Positions 12,107 through 25,740 of a stretch of 64,000 nt of DNA are shown here, piece after piece. Below the pieces are notes generated by a model. It worked only from the letters and a program-made list of their open reading frames with translations. It searched no databases and was not told the origin of the DNA. Position numbers and translations under genes: made by a program. Location: NCBI RefSeq assembly GCF_009914755.1, contig NC_060929.1. The stretch is one strand, 5' to 3'. Source of the stretch: the human T2T-CHM13v2.0 reference genome, Homo sapiens. Within the stretch, counting starts at the first letter, position 1; every line of letters begins with the position of its first letter.

Positions 12107-14406
12107 TAATATGATTTGGCTCTGTCCCCACCCAAATCTCATCTTGAACTGTAGTTCCCATAATCCCCACATGTGGTGGGAGGGACCTGGTGGGAGGTAA
12201 TTGAATCATGGGGGCAGTTTCCCCAGTGCTATTCTCGTGATAGTGAGTAAGTTCTCACAAGACCTTATGGTTTTATAAGGGGCTTCCCACTTCGTTTGAC
12301 TCTCATTCTTCCTGCTGCCATGTAAAGAAGTACATGTTTATTTTCCTTTCCCCCATGATTTTAAGCTTTCTGAGGCCTGTCCAGCCCTGCAGAACTGTGA
12401 GTCAATTAAACCTGTTTCCTTTATAAATTACCCAGTCTCAGGCAGTTCTTTATAACAGTGTGAGAATGGACTAACCCAGTAAATTAGTACTGCACAGAGT
12501 GGGGCACTGCTGTAAAGATACCCCAAAATGTGAAAGCGATTTTGGAACTGTGTAACAGGCAGAGGTTAGAACAGTTTGGAGGGCTCAGAAGGCAGGAAAA
12601 TATGGGAAAGTTTGGAATTTCCTAGAGACTTGGAGGGCTTAGAAGACAAGAAGATGTGGGAAAGTTTGGAACCTCCTAGAGACTTGTTGAATGGCTTTGA
12701 CCAAAATGCTGATAGTGATACAGACAAAAGTCCAGGCTGAGGTGGTCTCAGATGGAGATGAGCAACTTGTTATGAAATGGAGTAGAGGTCACTCTTGCTA
12801 TGCAAACAGATTGGTGGCATTTTTCCCCTGCCCTAGAGATCTGTGGATCTTTGAATATGAGAGAGATGATTTAGGGTATCTGGCAGAAGAAATATGCAAG
12901 CAGCAAAGTGTTCAAGGAGAAGCAGAGCATAAGTTTGGAAAATTTGCAGCCTGATTATGAAATAGAAAAGAAAAACCCATCTTTCTGGGGAGAAATTCTA
13001 GCTGGCTGCAGAAATTTCTATAAGTAACAAGGAGCCAAATGTTAATTACCAAGACAGTGAGGAAAATGTCACCAGGGCATGTCAGAGACCTTCATGCCAG
13101 TCCCTCCCATCACAGGCTTAGAGCCCTAGGAGGGAAAAAATGGTTTCATTGTCTGGGCCCAGGGCACCCCTGCCCTATGCAGCCCCAGGACATGGTGCCC
13201 TGTGTCCCAGCTGCTTCAGCTCCAGCCATGGCTAAAAGGAGCCAAATTACAGCTCAGGCCATTGCTTCATAGGGTACAAGCCCAAAGCCTTGGCAGCTTA
13301 CATGTGGTGTTGGGCCTGTGGGTGCACAGAAGTCAATAATTGAGGTTGGGTAACCTCCACCTAGTTTCAGAGGATGTGTGCAAATGCCTGGATATCCAGG
13401 CAGAAGTGTGCTGCAGGGGCAGAGCTCTCATGGAGAATCTCTGTCAGGGCAGTGCAGAAAGTAAATGTGGGGTCAAAGCCCCCACACAGAGTCCCCACTG
13501 TGGCACTGCCTAGTAGAGCTGTGAGAAGAGATCCACTGTCTTTCAGATCCAAGAATGGTAGATCCACCTACAGCTTTTACTATGCACCTGAAAAAGCTGC
13601 AGCTACTCAATGCCTGTCCATGAAAGCAGCCAGGATGTGGGCTGTGCCCTACAAAGCCACAAGAGCAGAGCTGCCCAAGGCCATGGAGCCCACCTCTTGC
13701 TTCAGTGTGACCTGGAAGTGACACATGGAATTAAAGGAGATTATTTTGAGCTTTAAGATTTAATTACTGCCTCCTTAGATTTTGGACTTGCATGGGGCCT
13801 GTAGCCCCTTCATTTTGGCCAATTTCCCCCATTTGGAATGGGTGTATTTATCAAACACCTGTACCTCCATTGTATCTAGGAAGTAACTAACTTGCTTTTG
13901 GCTTTAAAGGCTCATAGGCTGAAGGGACTTGCCTTGTTTCAGATGAGACTTTGGACTTTGGGTTAATGCTGCAATGAGCTAAGACTTTGGGGAACTGCTG
14001 GGAAGGCATGGTTGTGTTTTGAAATGTAAAGACAAGAGGTTTGGGAGGGGCCAGGAGTGGAATGATATGGTTTGGATATGTCCCCACCCAAATCTCATTC
14101 TGAATTGTAGTTCCCATAATCTCCAGGTGTCATGGGAGGTAATTGAATCATGGGGGTGCTTTCCCCCATGGTGTTCTCATGATAGTGAGTAAGTTCTCAT
14201 GTGATCTGATGGTTTTAAAAAGCGTTTTCCCTTTTGCTAGGTCACTCTTCTCCTTCCTCCCATCATGTAAATTAGGATGTTTGCTACTCCTTCTGCCATG
14301 ATTGTAGGTTTCCTGAGGCCTCCACAGCCCTGTGGAACTGTGAGTCAATTAAACCTCTTTCTTATAGAAATTACCCACTCATCGGCAATAAGGACGGACT
14401 AATACA
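12107..14406 (+). mobile_element. Full THE1D-like MaLR element (LTR 12107-12478, internal region, LTR 14063-14406)
   Basis: Two homologous LTRs (GTCCCCACCCAAATCTCAT...GGACTAA), ~1.6-kb THE1 internal region, PPT GGGAGGGGCCAGGAGTGGAA before the 3' LTR. Confidence 0.93.
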
Positions 14407-16482
14407 ATCAGAATCACATTGAATCTGTAAGTTACTTCAGGCAGTATGGCCATTTTAACATTATTGATTCTTCCTATTCATGAGCATGGAAGATTTTTTC
14501 ATTTGTGTTGTCTCTGATTTCTCTCAGCAGCAATCTGTAAGATCGCTGTGTAGAGATCTTCCACCTCCTTGGTTTGTTGTATTCTTAGAGATTTCATTTT
14601 ATTTGTTGCTATTGTTAATGAGATTGTGTTCTTGATTTGACTGTCAGCCTGAATATTATTAGTATGGAAACACTAACAATTTTTATACATTAATTTTGTA
14701 GCCCGAAACTGTGCTGAGGTTGCTTATCAGCTCTAGGAGCCTTTGGGCAGAGGCTATGGCATTTTCTAAGTACAGAATCACATCATCTGAGAACAGAGAT
14801 AATTTGACTTCCTTGGCTTCTCTTTGGATGCCCTTTAAGTTCTTTTTCTTGCCAGATTGCTCTGGCTAGGACTTTCAGTACTATGTTGAATAGAAGTAAT
14901 GGGAGTGGGTATCCATCTCTTGTTACAGTTCTCAAAGGGAATGCTTCCAGCTTTTGCTCATTCAATCTGATATTGGCTGTGGGTTTGTCATATATGGCTC
15001 TTATTATTTTGAGTAATGTTCCTTCAATATCTAGTTTTTTGAAGGTTTTTGACATGAAGGGATGTTGAATTTTATGAAAGGACTTTCTGCATCTATTGAG
15101 ATGATCATGTAGCTTTTGTTTTTAGTTTTGTTTAAGTGATGAGTCATATTTGTTGATTTATGTATGTTGAACCAACTTTGCTTCCCAGGAATAAAGCCAC
15201 TTGGTTGTGGTGGATTATCTTTTTGATATGCTGCTGGATTCAGTTTGCTAGTATTTTGTGGAGTACTTTTGCATCTATAGTCATCAGGGATATTGGCTTG
15301 ACATGTTCTTCCTTTGTTGTGTCTCTGCCAGGTTTTGGTATCAGAATGATGCTTTCCTTGTAGAATGACTCATGGAGGAGTTCCTCTCCTTCAATTTTTT
15401 GAAACAGTTTTACTAGATTTGGTTCTTTTTCTTCTTCATATGTCTGGTACAATTTGGCTGTGAATCCATTTGGTCCAGGGATTTTTCTGGTTGGTAAGTT
15501 TTCAAAATTGCTGATTCAACTTCAGACCACATTGTGTTCCATATTTCAATTTCTTTCTGGTTCAATACTGAACGGTTGTATATTTCCAGGAATTTATCTG
15601 TTTCTTCTGGGTTTTCTAGTTTATGTGCTTAGAAGTGTTCCTAATAGTCTACGTTCATCTGAGTGTTTTTTGTATTTCTGAAGGGTTAATGGTAATGACC
15701 CCTTTGTCATTTATGATTGTGTTTATTTTTATCTTCTTTTTTTTCCTTTGTTAGTCTAGTTAGTAAGCTATCATTCTTTTGGAGAACCACTTTTCAGTTT
15801 GGTTGATCTTTTGTAGATTCTTTTCTCATCTTCATTTCAGTCAGCTCAGCTTTGATTTTGGTTATTTATTTTCTTCTGCTAGCATTGGAGTTGGTTTGCT
15901 CTTATTCTTCATATCTCTCTAGGTGTGAGGTTTGGTTGTTAATTTGAGATGTTTCTCACTTCTTGATGTGACCATTTAGCACTACAAACTTCCCTTTGAA
16001 CACTTCTCTGTGTTCCAGGGATTCTGGTATATTGCATATTTGTTTCCATTAGTTTCAAATAAATTCTTGATTTCTGCCTTAATTTCATTGTTTAGCTAAA
16101 AGTCATTCAGGAATAGGTTGTTTAATTTTCATGTAATTTTATGGTTTTGCGAGAGTTTCTTTGTATTGATTTTTATTTTTATTATACTGTGGTTTGAGAA
16201 TGTGGTTGGTATAATTTTAAGTTTTTTTGTATTTTCTGAAAATTGCTTTATGACCACATATATGGTCACTTTTAGAGTACGTGCCATGTGGAGATGAGAA
16301 AAATGTATATTCTATTGTTGTTGGGTGGAATGTTTTGTAGATATATGTTAGGTCCATTTGGTCAGATGTCAAGTTTAGGTCCCAAATATCTTCATTAGAT
16401 GATCTGTCTGATACCGTAGTGGGATGTTGAAGTCTCCCACTATTATTGTGTGGGTGATCCAGTATTAGGTGCATAATTATTA

Positions 16483-16781
16483 TTTTTTTTTTTTTTTGGA
16501 GACGAAGTCTCATTCTGTTGCTCAGGCTGGAGTGCAATGGTGCAATCTAGGCTCACCACAACCTCCGCCTCCCAGGTTCAAGAGATTCTCCTGTCTCAGC
16601 CTCCTGAGTAGCTGGAATTACAGGCATGGGCCGCCACGCCTGGCTAATTTTTTTTTTTTTTTTAGTAGAGGTGGAGTTTCACCATGTTGGCCAGGCTGGT
16701 CTTGAACTCCTGACCTCATGATCCACCCACCTTGGCCTCCCAAAGTGCTGGGATTACAGGCATGAGCCACCACACCTGGCC
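16483..16781 (-). mobile_element. AluS (Sg-like)
   Basis: Poly(T), two arms, CTGACCTCATGATCC. Confidence 0.96.
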
Positions 16782-17040
16782 AAAAATATTTAGGACAGTT
16801 AATTCTTCTTGAATTGGATGCTTTATCAAGTAATGTCATTATCAAATAATGGTATTCTTTGTTCTTTTAGATCATTGTTGGTTTAAGTTTTGTTTTGTCT
16901 GAAATGAGAATAGCAACCCCTGCTCTTTTTTGTTTTCCATTTGTTTGATAGATCTTTTTCCATCCCTTTACCTTTAACCTGTAAGAATCATTGCACGTGA
17001 GATGAGTACCTTGAAGACAACATGCAATTGGGTCTTACAA

Positions 17041-19150
17041 TGTGATTTTTTATATTGCCTATCTGTTAATAAATTGTTGGAGTTATTTTTATTCTTAATC
17101 GTTTTGCCTTTTAGTTTTCTTAGGAAAGATACAAGTGGTTAACACATCACAATTACAATATTAGTGTCACCCTCATTTTAGTGTCCTTTCCTTTTAATTA
17201 AAAAAACTGCCTTTAGCATTTCCTGTAGAACAGGTCTGGTAGAGATAAATTCCCTCAGATTTTGTTTGTCTGGGAGTTTTAATTTCTCCTCCATTTTCTA
17301 AGTATAGTATTCTTTATTGGTAATTTTTTACTTTAGCACTCAATATATTTTCCCACTGCCCCCAGGCCATAACATTTCTGCTGAGATGTCTGCTGCTAGG
17401 TGTATCAGATTTCCTTTATATATTATTTGCTTCTTTTTCTACTTTCAGGATTATCTCCTTGTCTTTGATCTTTGAGAGTTTGATTATAAAATATCTTGGG
17501 AAATTTTTATTTGGGTTGCATCTGATTGTAACTTTTGACCTTCCTGAATGTGGATGCTTACATCTTTCTGTATGGTTTAAAAGTTTTCTGTTATTTTTTT
17601 TTAAATAAACTTTCTACTACATTGTCTTTCTCAGTTCTGTATTTCACTCCAATAACACAAATGTTTGTTCTTTTAATGTTGTCCCATAGATCTTGTAAGC
17701 TTTGTTTACTCCTTTGTGTTATTTTTCTGTTCTCTCCTCTGACTGCATTTTCAAATAGTCTGCCTTTGAGCTCACTAATTCTTTTTTCTGTCTGATAAAT
17801 TTTGCTGCTGATTCTCTGTTTCATTTTCTATTTTATTAATTGTCTTCTTCAGTTCATGGATTTCTGCCTGTTGTTTTGAAATTATTTCAATCTCTCTCCT
17901 AAATCTCTTAATTGGTTATTTGTATTTTCTTGAACTTTGTTGAACTTTCTTAAAACAGCTGTTTAGAATTCTTTCTTTCAGAGATCACATATCTCCATTA
18001 CTTTAGGTTCAGTCTCTCATACTTTATTGGTCCATTTGAAGTCATATTTCCCTGAATGTTCTTGATGCTTCTGGACATGTGACATTGTTTATGTATTGAA
18101 GGATTAAATATTTATTTTAGTCTTCACATTCTGGCTTTGTTTGTGACTATCCTTCTTCAGACATCTTTCCAGTGATCCTAAGCAGACTGACTGTTGAGTT
18201 CTCTGAACCTATGAACACTGCAGCTATCTCAGCACTGAAGGACCCTCTAAGTCCACGCTTACCATGTGTCTTATGGGAAACCTGAGGTTGACATGGCTTT
18301 CCAGCCAGATGAACCTGGGAAAGATCCAAGGCTGTGAGCAAACACTGGACAAATACCTGAGTCCAGAAGACTGCCTCAGTGGCTCATACTGGCATACCTC
18401 CCAGCAGGTATCTGCATGGGTCGGATAGATTCCTGACTGCAATGAGACGGGTTGGGGTTGAGACTGAGACCCCTCAGAATATGCTGTGGAAATGAGGTTG
18501 GTGGAACTGTTTTATTGGCCCAGATTGTTAGGTACCACCCAGCAGGTTCCTGCAAAAGCTGGATAGGTAGATTCTTGATTGCAACAGGGGAGGCCAGAGC
18601 TGGGACTGGTGCCTCTTGGAATCTGCTGTGGGATGGAGATTGGTGAGCCTATCAGGGTGGCTCAGATTCCCGGGCTGCAAGATATAGGTGAGACTCCCTT
18701 TGGATGCTTGTGCAGGTAGCTATGAGCAGGGAGCTCAGCTGAGGGCACACTGGAGCTGAGTCACAAGGCAACTTTCAAGTTTTTTCCTGTGACTGCTACC
18801 AATGGACAGAGAAGCCTTTCTGCCAAGGCACTAGTGTGTGTGATTCTTTCTGGACTCTTTGGCAGATGGTTTTGGTTGCAGGTTCAAGGCAAACAGGCTT
18901 CTAGCCATTCCCCTTAGAGAACTAGGCTGCTTCTGAGCTTCAGCCTGGGAGCAAGCTTGGAGGATTAGTGACTCAAGTATTGGTCTGCATTCTCAAAATG
19001 ATCCTTCAAGGACTTGGATTCCAGTAGGATTTCACAAACTTCTATCTGAATCCTGATAGAGAGACTTTTGTCTGTGGATGTATACAGAATTTTTTTTCTT
19101 ATGGGGGTATATGAGCAGGTTACCTTCCATCATCTTGGTAACCTATGTGC
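17041..19150 (-). mobile_element. Continuation of the old L1M: inter-ORF region, ORF1 and 5' region
   Basis: ORF1 peptide QTEKRISELKGRLFEN...QSLQDLWDNIKRTNICVIGV (17591-17824). GC-richer 5'UTR-like sequence to ~19150; that boundary is approximate. Confidence 0.8.
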
Positions 19151-20231
19151 AGTATTTTATATATGATCACAAATATTTTCCTCTGCCCAAACAAGGACCA
19201 AAAAAGACAAGTTACCTTTTTATCTCCCTAAGAAGGAAGCTTTTTTTTTTTTTTTAATCTTCCACTGAGGTATGGTCTTTCAATGTGTCCAGCTTTAGGT
19301 TGAGAACTCATTTCCAACTGTACAACCTTTATGGGAATTTTTTCCTCGAGCCAACAAAACCAAGTCTCTAGGTTCCTCTTATCAGATATGTCCTCGAGGC
19401 ATAGATTCAGGTATAGAACTTCTTTTTTTTAATCTCTGAAGAGTTCCTTAACTTTTAAAAACTCAGTTATAGAAATAAAAAGAAATCTTCTGACATTTTA
19501 TTCAGCATTCCTAGGTATTTTTTCTTGGGAGTTTTTTCAGGAAATCTAGTTTGCTATTTTTTCTCCCAGTTTCTTATGTAATTCTCTCTCATTCTTTAAG
19601 TTATAGATTAAAATTCACCTCCTCAGTGAGGCCTTTGTAAATAGCTCAAGCAACCAACCTCCTCTATCCCATATACTTCATTTTCTATCACTTGCTGAAT
19701 TTAAATTATTTACATATTAATTAATTATTTCTTAAATTTAATATAAAATATATATGCATAAATATGGAAATTTGTTTAATTTATTTATTTACTAACATGG
19801 CCATTTTTTGGTTGCCATATGCTAGTCAGAATGGTGAAAAGTACTGGGACTTTGACTCATTCATAGCAGTATCCTTAGGACTTATAAAACTGTCTGTTAT
19901 ATGTTGCTATCCATTAAGTACTTGTTTAATGAATGACTCATCCAATAAGTAAGTGAGCACACAGATGGTTGTTTACCAAAGGGCTTTTTATTTGATATCT
20001 CTTAAATAAACAGATCCTTATCTGTTTGACAAACATTAGGGTTAAAGCAAGGGTTAGGATTAAAGCCAAATTCTTAGGAATAGCTTTATTTATAATTTAG
20101 AAATAAATGTGCTAATTAGCTTTAAGGAGCCAAGCTGAAAATCATGTGAAAGAATTACCATGCAAACCACTTACCAATAAATTTATTTTCAAATTTAGAA
20201 GAATTTTGTAAAAAAAAAATGTTAAAGCACT

Positions 20232-21715
20232 ATGGAATTAGGTAACAGGAAGAGTTTGGAGGGCTCAGAAGAAGATAAAATGATGGGGAAACTTTGGAAC
20301 TTCTTAGAGATTAGTTAAGTGGTTGTGACTAAAATGCTGATAGAAATATAGACCATAATGGTCATACTGAGGTCTCAGATAGTGTGGGCGTTCAGTCAGG
20401 CTGGTGGGAAAAATTTTAGTTATGATAGCCACAAACCCTCTTGGAAGGCCTGAGAGTTTGTATAACTTCTGTAATACATCTGGCTGAAGGCAGCCTGATC
20501 CCCTTACCTTTAGTTAAATAAATTAGAGTAGAAACAAAGGAATGTGGGGAATTTATCTAACTTGTTTACACATGTGGTCTTAAGACTAACCTTTGTTCTA
20601 CAGTGGGTGCTTAATTGCTTTCTACTCGGGAAGTCTATAATGTCAATTACCCTCTAGCGGTGTTGGCTCAAGCCTTTGTCAATTAATCTTTACTGAATAA
20701 ATGCAAGTCTCACTGGCTGGTCAGGGCCCTGTCACAACTGTTTACAGCACTCTGTGTGGAGTCTGTAAGCGGCCCAGAAACTCAACTGGACTGGCAAAGC
20801 AGAGTATCTGTGTGTCAGTGTACTTTATTCATCCATCGTTGGGTCAGGTTCTACAGGACAGACCCCCACAAAATAGAAATGAACTGACTGGGACTTGGAG
20901 CAAAGGTCACCCTTGTTATGCTGTAGCAAAGAACTTAGCTCCATTGTGTCCATGCCCTAGGGCTTTGTGGAAGGCCAAACTTAAGAGTAATAACCTATAG
21001 TACCTGGTGGAAGAAATTTCCAAGCAGCAAAGTCTTCAAGAAGTGCAATGGCTACTTCTAACAGCTTACAATTAGATACCGCAGCAAAAAAAAAAAAAAA
21101 AAAAAATGACCTAAAGGTGGAATTTTTAATTAAGAGGGGAGCAGAGTGTAAACATTTGGAAAATGCACAGACTGGTAGAGAATGAAAGAGGATTTCAGGA
21201 GAAAAATCCAAGGATGCAGCTGAGACCTTTTGCTAGAGATTGGCATGGCTAAAATAGAGCCACGTGCTAATAGTCAAGACAATGGACTAAAAAAAGCCCT
21301 GAAAGCTTTTCAGAAATCTTTGAGGCAGCCCCTCCCATCACAGGTACAGAGGCCTAGGAAGACAGAATGGTTTCAGGGGACAGGCCCAGGGTGTCACTTC
21401 CCTGTACCACCTCAGAATGTTGTGTACCACCTTGGGATGCTGCTCCTTGCATCCTAGCTGATCCAGCTCCAGCCACAGCTCAAAAGGCCCCAACTATTGC
21501 TTGGGCCACCACACTGGAGAGCTCAAGTAGTAAGTCTTAGTGATGTTAAGTGGTGTTAAGTCTATAGGCTTGCAAAATGCAAGAATGGTGAAAATGTGGC
21601 AGTTTCCACCTAGATTTCAGAGGATATATCAGAAAGTCTGTGTGCCTAGGCAGAAACGTGACATGGGTGCTTTGCATGTAGCCTGTAGAACCATGAGCCA
21701 AATAAACCTCTTTGT
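20232..21715 (+). mobile_element. MaLR (MST-type) internal remnant with a short 3' LTR fragment
   Basis: GAGTTTGGAGGGCTCAGAAGAAGA and GGAAGAAATTTCCAAGCAGCAAAG are homologous to the THE1/MST internals at 12.5 and 59.9 kb. Ends AGAACCATGAGCCAAATAAACCTC. Confidence 0.85.
20383..20870 (+). mobile_element. LTR22-like (HERV-K HML-5) solo LTR
   Basis: TGTGGGCGTTCAGTCAGGCTGGTGGGAAAAAT...GGACAGACCCCCACA, AATAAA near 20696, 6-bp TSD AGATAG/AAATAG. Confidence 0.85.
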
Positions 21716-21989
21716 TTAAAAAATAAAAGCTTGATTAAGTTTGTGTACTATTTCTGACACCAGTATTAAATTTTTACTGTTACTTTTTAAAGCCCAAAAT
21801 CGTATCCAACTTGGTGGATTAAAAAAAATTCTAAAAAACTGATGCAGTCTATTTCTAATTCATTATTTTTAAGCTGTAGTATTATTTTCAGGTGAACCTT
21901 TCTCTGCTCTGATTAAATAATGCTCCATTTGCTACCATTTCATTTCTTCCAATTTGAAATTTAGAGCATGATGTTCAAGACGCATGGTG

Positions 21990-22342
21990 CTGTCTGTAAT
22001 TTTGTAAGCTCTTCTTCCCCCTTTCAGTGCTTTTGTGCTTGCAACTCTCTCTGCCTGCCTTATTTCATAACAGCTACTCATCTCTAAGAATCCAGATTAC
22101 AAGACACCCTGTTTAAGATTCTTTACCTCTCTGTTCAAGTGTCTTCTTTGTGTGCTTCACAACTCCCTTTTACTCATCTCTATCACAACATTTATGACAA
22201 TGTATTGTAATGTCTATGTGCTTACCTGTGTCCTTCACTGCGACCTCTTACAAAACTCCAGAAGGGTCTCTGATTTCTGGAAGCCCAGCACCTAGTAAAA
22301 GGCCCTGCACAGACCAGATATTCAACAAATATTTGTTGAATC
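21990..22342 (+). mobile_element. L2 3' remnant
   Basis: CCCAGCACCTAG...GATATTCAACAAATATTTGTTGAATCAAT, a typical L2 tail. Confidence 0.65.
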
Positions 22343-22418
22343 AATAATGGCCAATCTACGTTCTTAAGAATAATTTCACTAATAAGAAATAGAGAACTCT
22401 CCAAATTTCATATATTAA

Positions 22419-23127
22419 TGAGATGTGAAGCCAGCTGGGCTTCTGGGCCAGATGGGGACTTGGAGAACTTTTCTGTCTAGCCAAAGGATTGTAAATGCAC
22501 CAATCAGCACTCTGTGTCTAGCTAAAGATTTGTAAATGCACCAATCAGCACTCTGTCAAAATGGACCAATTAGCACTCCGTAAAATGGACCAATCCGCAC
22601 TCTGTAAAATGAGCCAATCAGCTCTCTGTAAAATGGACCAATGAGCAGGATGTGGGTGGGGCCAAATAAGGGAATAAAAGCAGGCCACCCAAGCCAGCAG
22701 CAGCAACCCACTCATGTCCCCTTCCACGCTATGGAAGCTTTGTTCTTTCGCTCTTTGCAATAAATCTTGCTGCACCACCCAATAAATCTTGGGTCTGCAC
22801 TACCTTTATGAGCCGTAACACTCACTGTGAAGGTCTGCAGCTTCACTCCTGAAGCCAGTGAGACCATGAACCCACCGGGAGGAATGAACAACTCTGGACG
22901 TGCCACCTTTAAGAGCTGTAAAACACTCACTGTGAAAGTCTGCAGCTTCACTCCTGAAGTCAGGGAGACCATGAACCCACCAGAAAGAAGAAACTCCAGA
23001 CATGTCCGAACATCAGAAAGAACACACTCCAGACACACCATCTTTAAGAACTGTACCACTCACCACGAGGGTCCGTGGCTTCATTCTTGAAGTCAGTGAG
23101 GCCGAGAACCCACCAATTCTGGACACA
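22419..23127 (+). promoter_or_regulatory. 5' LTR12 with six CCAAT (NF-Y) boxes, GGGTGGGG box and AATAAA TATA-like element
   Basis: Tandem CCAATCAGCACTCTGTAAAATGGA-type units at 22500-22645, GGGAATAAAAGC near 22670. Activity not demonstrated. Confidence 0.85.
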
Positions 23128-24327
23128 TTTTCATGACCCCAAAGGGACCATCACCTATTGCCAAGTGGTAAGACTATTGCCTATCACCAAGCAGTGAGTA
23201 CCGTGGGACCCCTTTCACTTGCTATTCTGTCCTATTTTTCCTTAGAATTCGGGGGCTAAATACCGGGCACCTGTTAGCCAGTTAAAAGTGACTAGCACGG
23301 CAGCCGGATAAAGACATGGGTGTCAGGCTTTCTGGGAAAGGGCTCTCTAACAACCCCTGACTCTTCGGAGTTGGGAGCATTGGTTTGCCTGGAACCAGCT
23401 TCCACTTTTCCTGTACTTCTGGGCTGGGCCAAGGGTCAACAGAGAGTAAAGCCATTCAGCTCCAGGTTCCCAACAACAAGTTGGTCGACCTTGCGGCCAT
23501 GAGCAGAACTCTCAAAGGCATGTCGCCCAAGTGAGACTCACGCATCTATTCTACCTACTCTGACCCTTGCCTCCTGGGTCCTGATGCCTGCCAGACAAAC
23601 TTCCTCTAGCCTCTCTTCTCCGAGGCTAGTCCCACTTCTAAGGATCACTCCCTGTCTCTGGTGCCTTTCTAGTTTCTCCTATAAGAATGATTTCTATTAT
23701 AAACTTCAGGTCTCTGTTACCTTCTTTTGGCACATGGGTTCACCAATCAGAAATAAATAATTTTTGCCCAAAGCCCCATCATGGTGGGGACTATCTGGAA
23801 TTTTAGGATAACTCCTCAGACTAGCAGGCCTAGCAAAAGCTATTCCTGAAGCTGGGATATGAGGAGCCTCAGAAATTGTATCCTTCCTATTCATATAAGT
23901 GAGGACAAAAGGTGTCACTCTTCCAACCCTGGAGATCCCTTCCCTCCCTCAAGGTATGGCCCTCCACTTTTTTGGGGCATAACATCTTTATAAGACACAG
24001 GTAAGGTCCCAATACTAACAGGAGAATGCTTAGGACTCTAACATGTTTTCGAGAATGCGTTGGTAAGGGGCACTAAATCCAATTTTTCTCGGTCCTCTTT
24101 GTGGTCTAGGAGGACAGGCAAGGGTACAGGTTTTTGAGAATGCATCGGTAAGGGCCACTAAATCTGACCTTCCTTGGTCCTCCTTGTGGTCTGGGAGGAA
24201 AACTAGTGTTTCTGCTGGTGTGTCGGTGAGCACAACTATTCCAATCAGCAGGGTCCTGGAACCATTGCAGGTTCTTGGGTGGGGGAGAAACAAAACAAAA
24301 AAAACCACAGGCAGTTTTGTCTTTCAG

Positions 24328-25345
24328 ATGAGAAACACTCAGGCATCAACAGGCTCACCCTTGAAATGCATCCTAAGCCATTGGGACCAATTTGACCCAC
24401 AAACCCTGAAAAAGAGACAGCTCATTTTTTTCTGCACTATGGCCTGGCCCCAATATTATCTCTCTGACAGGGAAAAATGGCCAACTGAGGAAGAATAAAT
24501 TACAATACTATCCTGCCACTTGACCTTTTCTGTAAGAGGGAAGGCAAATGGAATGAAATACCTTATGTCCAAGCTTTCTTTTCATTGAAGGAGAATACAC
24601 AAATAATGCAAAGCTTGCAATTTACATCCCACAGGAGGACCTCTCAGCTTACCCCCATATCCTAGCCTCCCTATAGCTCCCCTTCCTATTAATGATAAGC
24701 CTCCTCTAATCTCCCCTGCCCAGAAGGAAGTAAGCAAAGAAATCTCCAAAGGCCCACAAAAACACCTGGGCTATCGGTTATGTCCCCTTCAAGCTGTAGG
24801 GGGAGAGGAATTTGGCCCAATCTGGGTACACATCCCTTTCTCCCTGTCTGATTTAAAGCAGATCAAGGCAGACCTGGGGAAATTTTCAGATGATCCTGAT
24901 AGGTACATAGATGTCCTAAAGGGTCTAGGGCAAACCTTCAACCTCACTTGGAGAGATGTCATGCTACTGTTAGATCAAACCATGGCCTTTAATGAAAAGA
25001 ATGTGGCTTTAGCTGCAGCCCAAGAGTTTGGAGATACCTGGCATCTTAGTCAAGTAAATGATAGAATGACAGCCAAAGAAAGGGACAAATTCCCTACCAG
25101 TCAGCAAGCCATCCCCAGTATGGATCCCCACTGGGACCTTGACTCAGATCATGGGGACTGTAGTTGTAAACATCTGTTGATTTGCATTCTAGAAGGACTA
25201 ATGAGAATTAGGGAAAAGCCCATGAATTATTCAATGATGTCCACCATAACTCAGGCAAAGGAAGAAAATCCTTCTACCTTCCTCGAGCGGCTATGGGAGG
25301 CCTTAAGGAAATATACTTCCCTGTGACCCAACTCCCTCAAGGGGC
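24328..25345 (+). pseudogene. gag: HERV9 gag remnant (matrix/capsid; nucleocapsid end deleted)
   Basis: MRNTQASTGSPLKCILSHWDQFDPQTLKK; major-homology-region-like ITQAKEENPSTFLERLWEALRKYT; stops and frameshifts. Confidence 0.9.
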
Positions 25346-25347
25346 AA

Positions 25348-25740
25348 GTGCCAGCTCATGTCATCACCCTCCCTGAGTCCTGGGTTTGCTTAACCATTGA
25401 GGGCCAGGAAATTGACTTCCTCCTGGACAATGGCATGGCCTTCTCAGTGTTAATCTCCTGTCCTGGACTACTGTCCTCAAGATCCGTTACCATCCAAGGA
25501 ATCCTGGGACAGCCTGTAACCAGGTATTTCTCCCACCTCCTCAGTTGTAATTGGGAGACTTTTCTCTTTTCACATGCCTTTCTTGTTATGCCTGAAAGTC
25601 CCACACCCTTATTAGGTAAGGATATATTGGCCAAAGCTGAAGCTATTATCTACATGAATATGGGGAACAAGTTACCCATTTGTTGTCCCCTACTTGAAGA
25701 GAGAATCAACCCTGAAGTCTGGGAATTGGAAGGACAATTT
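25348..25740 (+). pseudogene. pro: HERV9 protease remnant
   Basis: IDFLLDNGMAFSVL (DTG motif altered to DNG) and PTPLLGKDILAK. Confidence 0.9.

Larger units (their letters stand above)
10425..17040 (-). mobile_element. Second, younger L1 (L1PB/old L1PA-like) ORF2 region nested in the L1M
   Basis: ORF2 peptides [62 protein letters not shown]. These repeat the ORF2 order already seen at 6.2-10.4 kb. Confidence 0.88.

Noticed and set aside
12575-12690. ~54-bp duplication in the THE1 internal region
   Set aside because: As I recall, this is a THE1D-int consensus feature rather than locus-specific; unverified.
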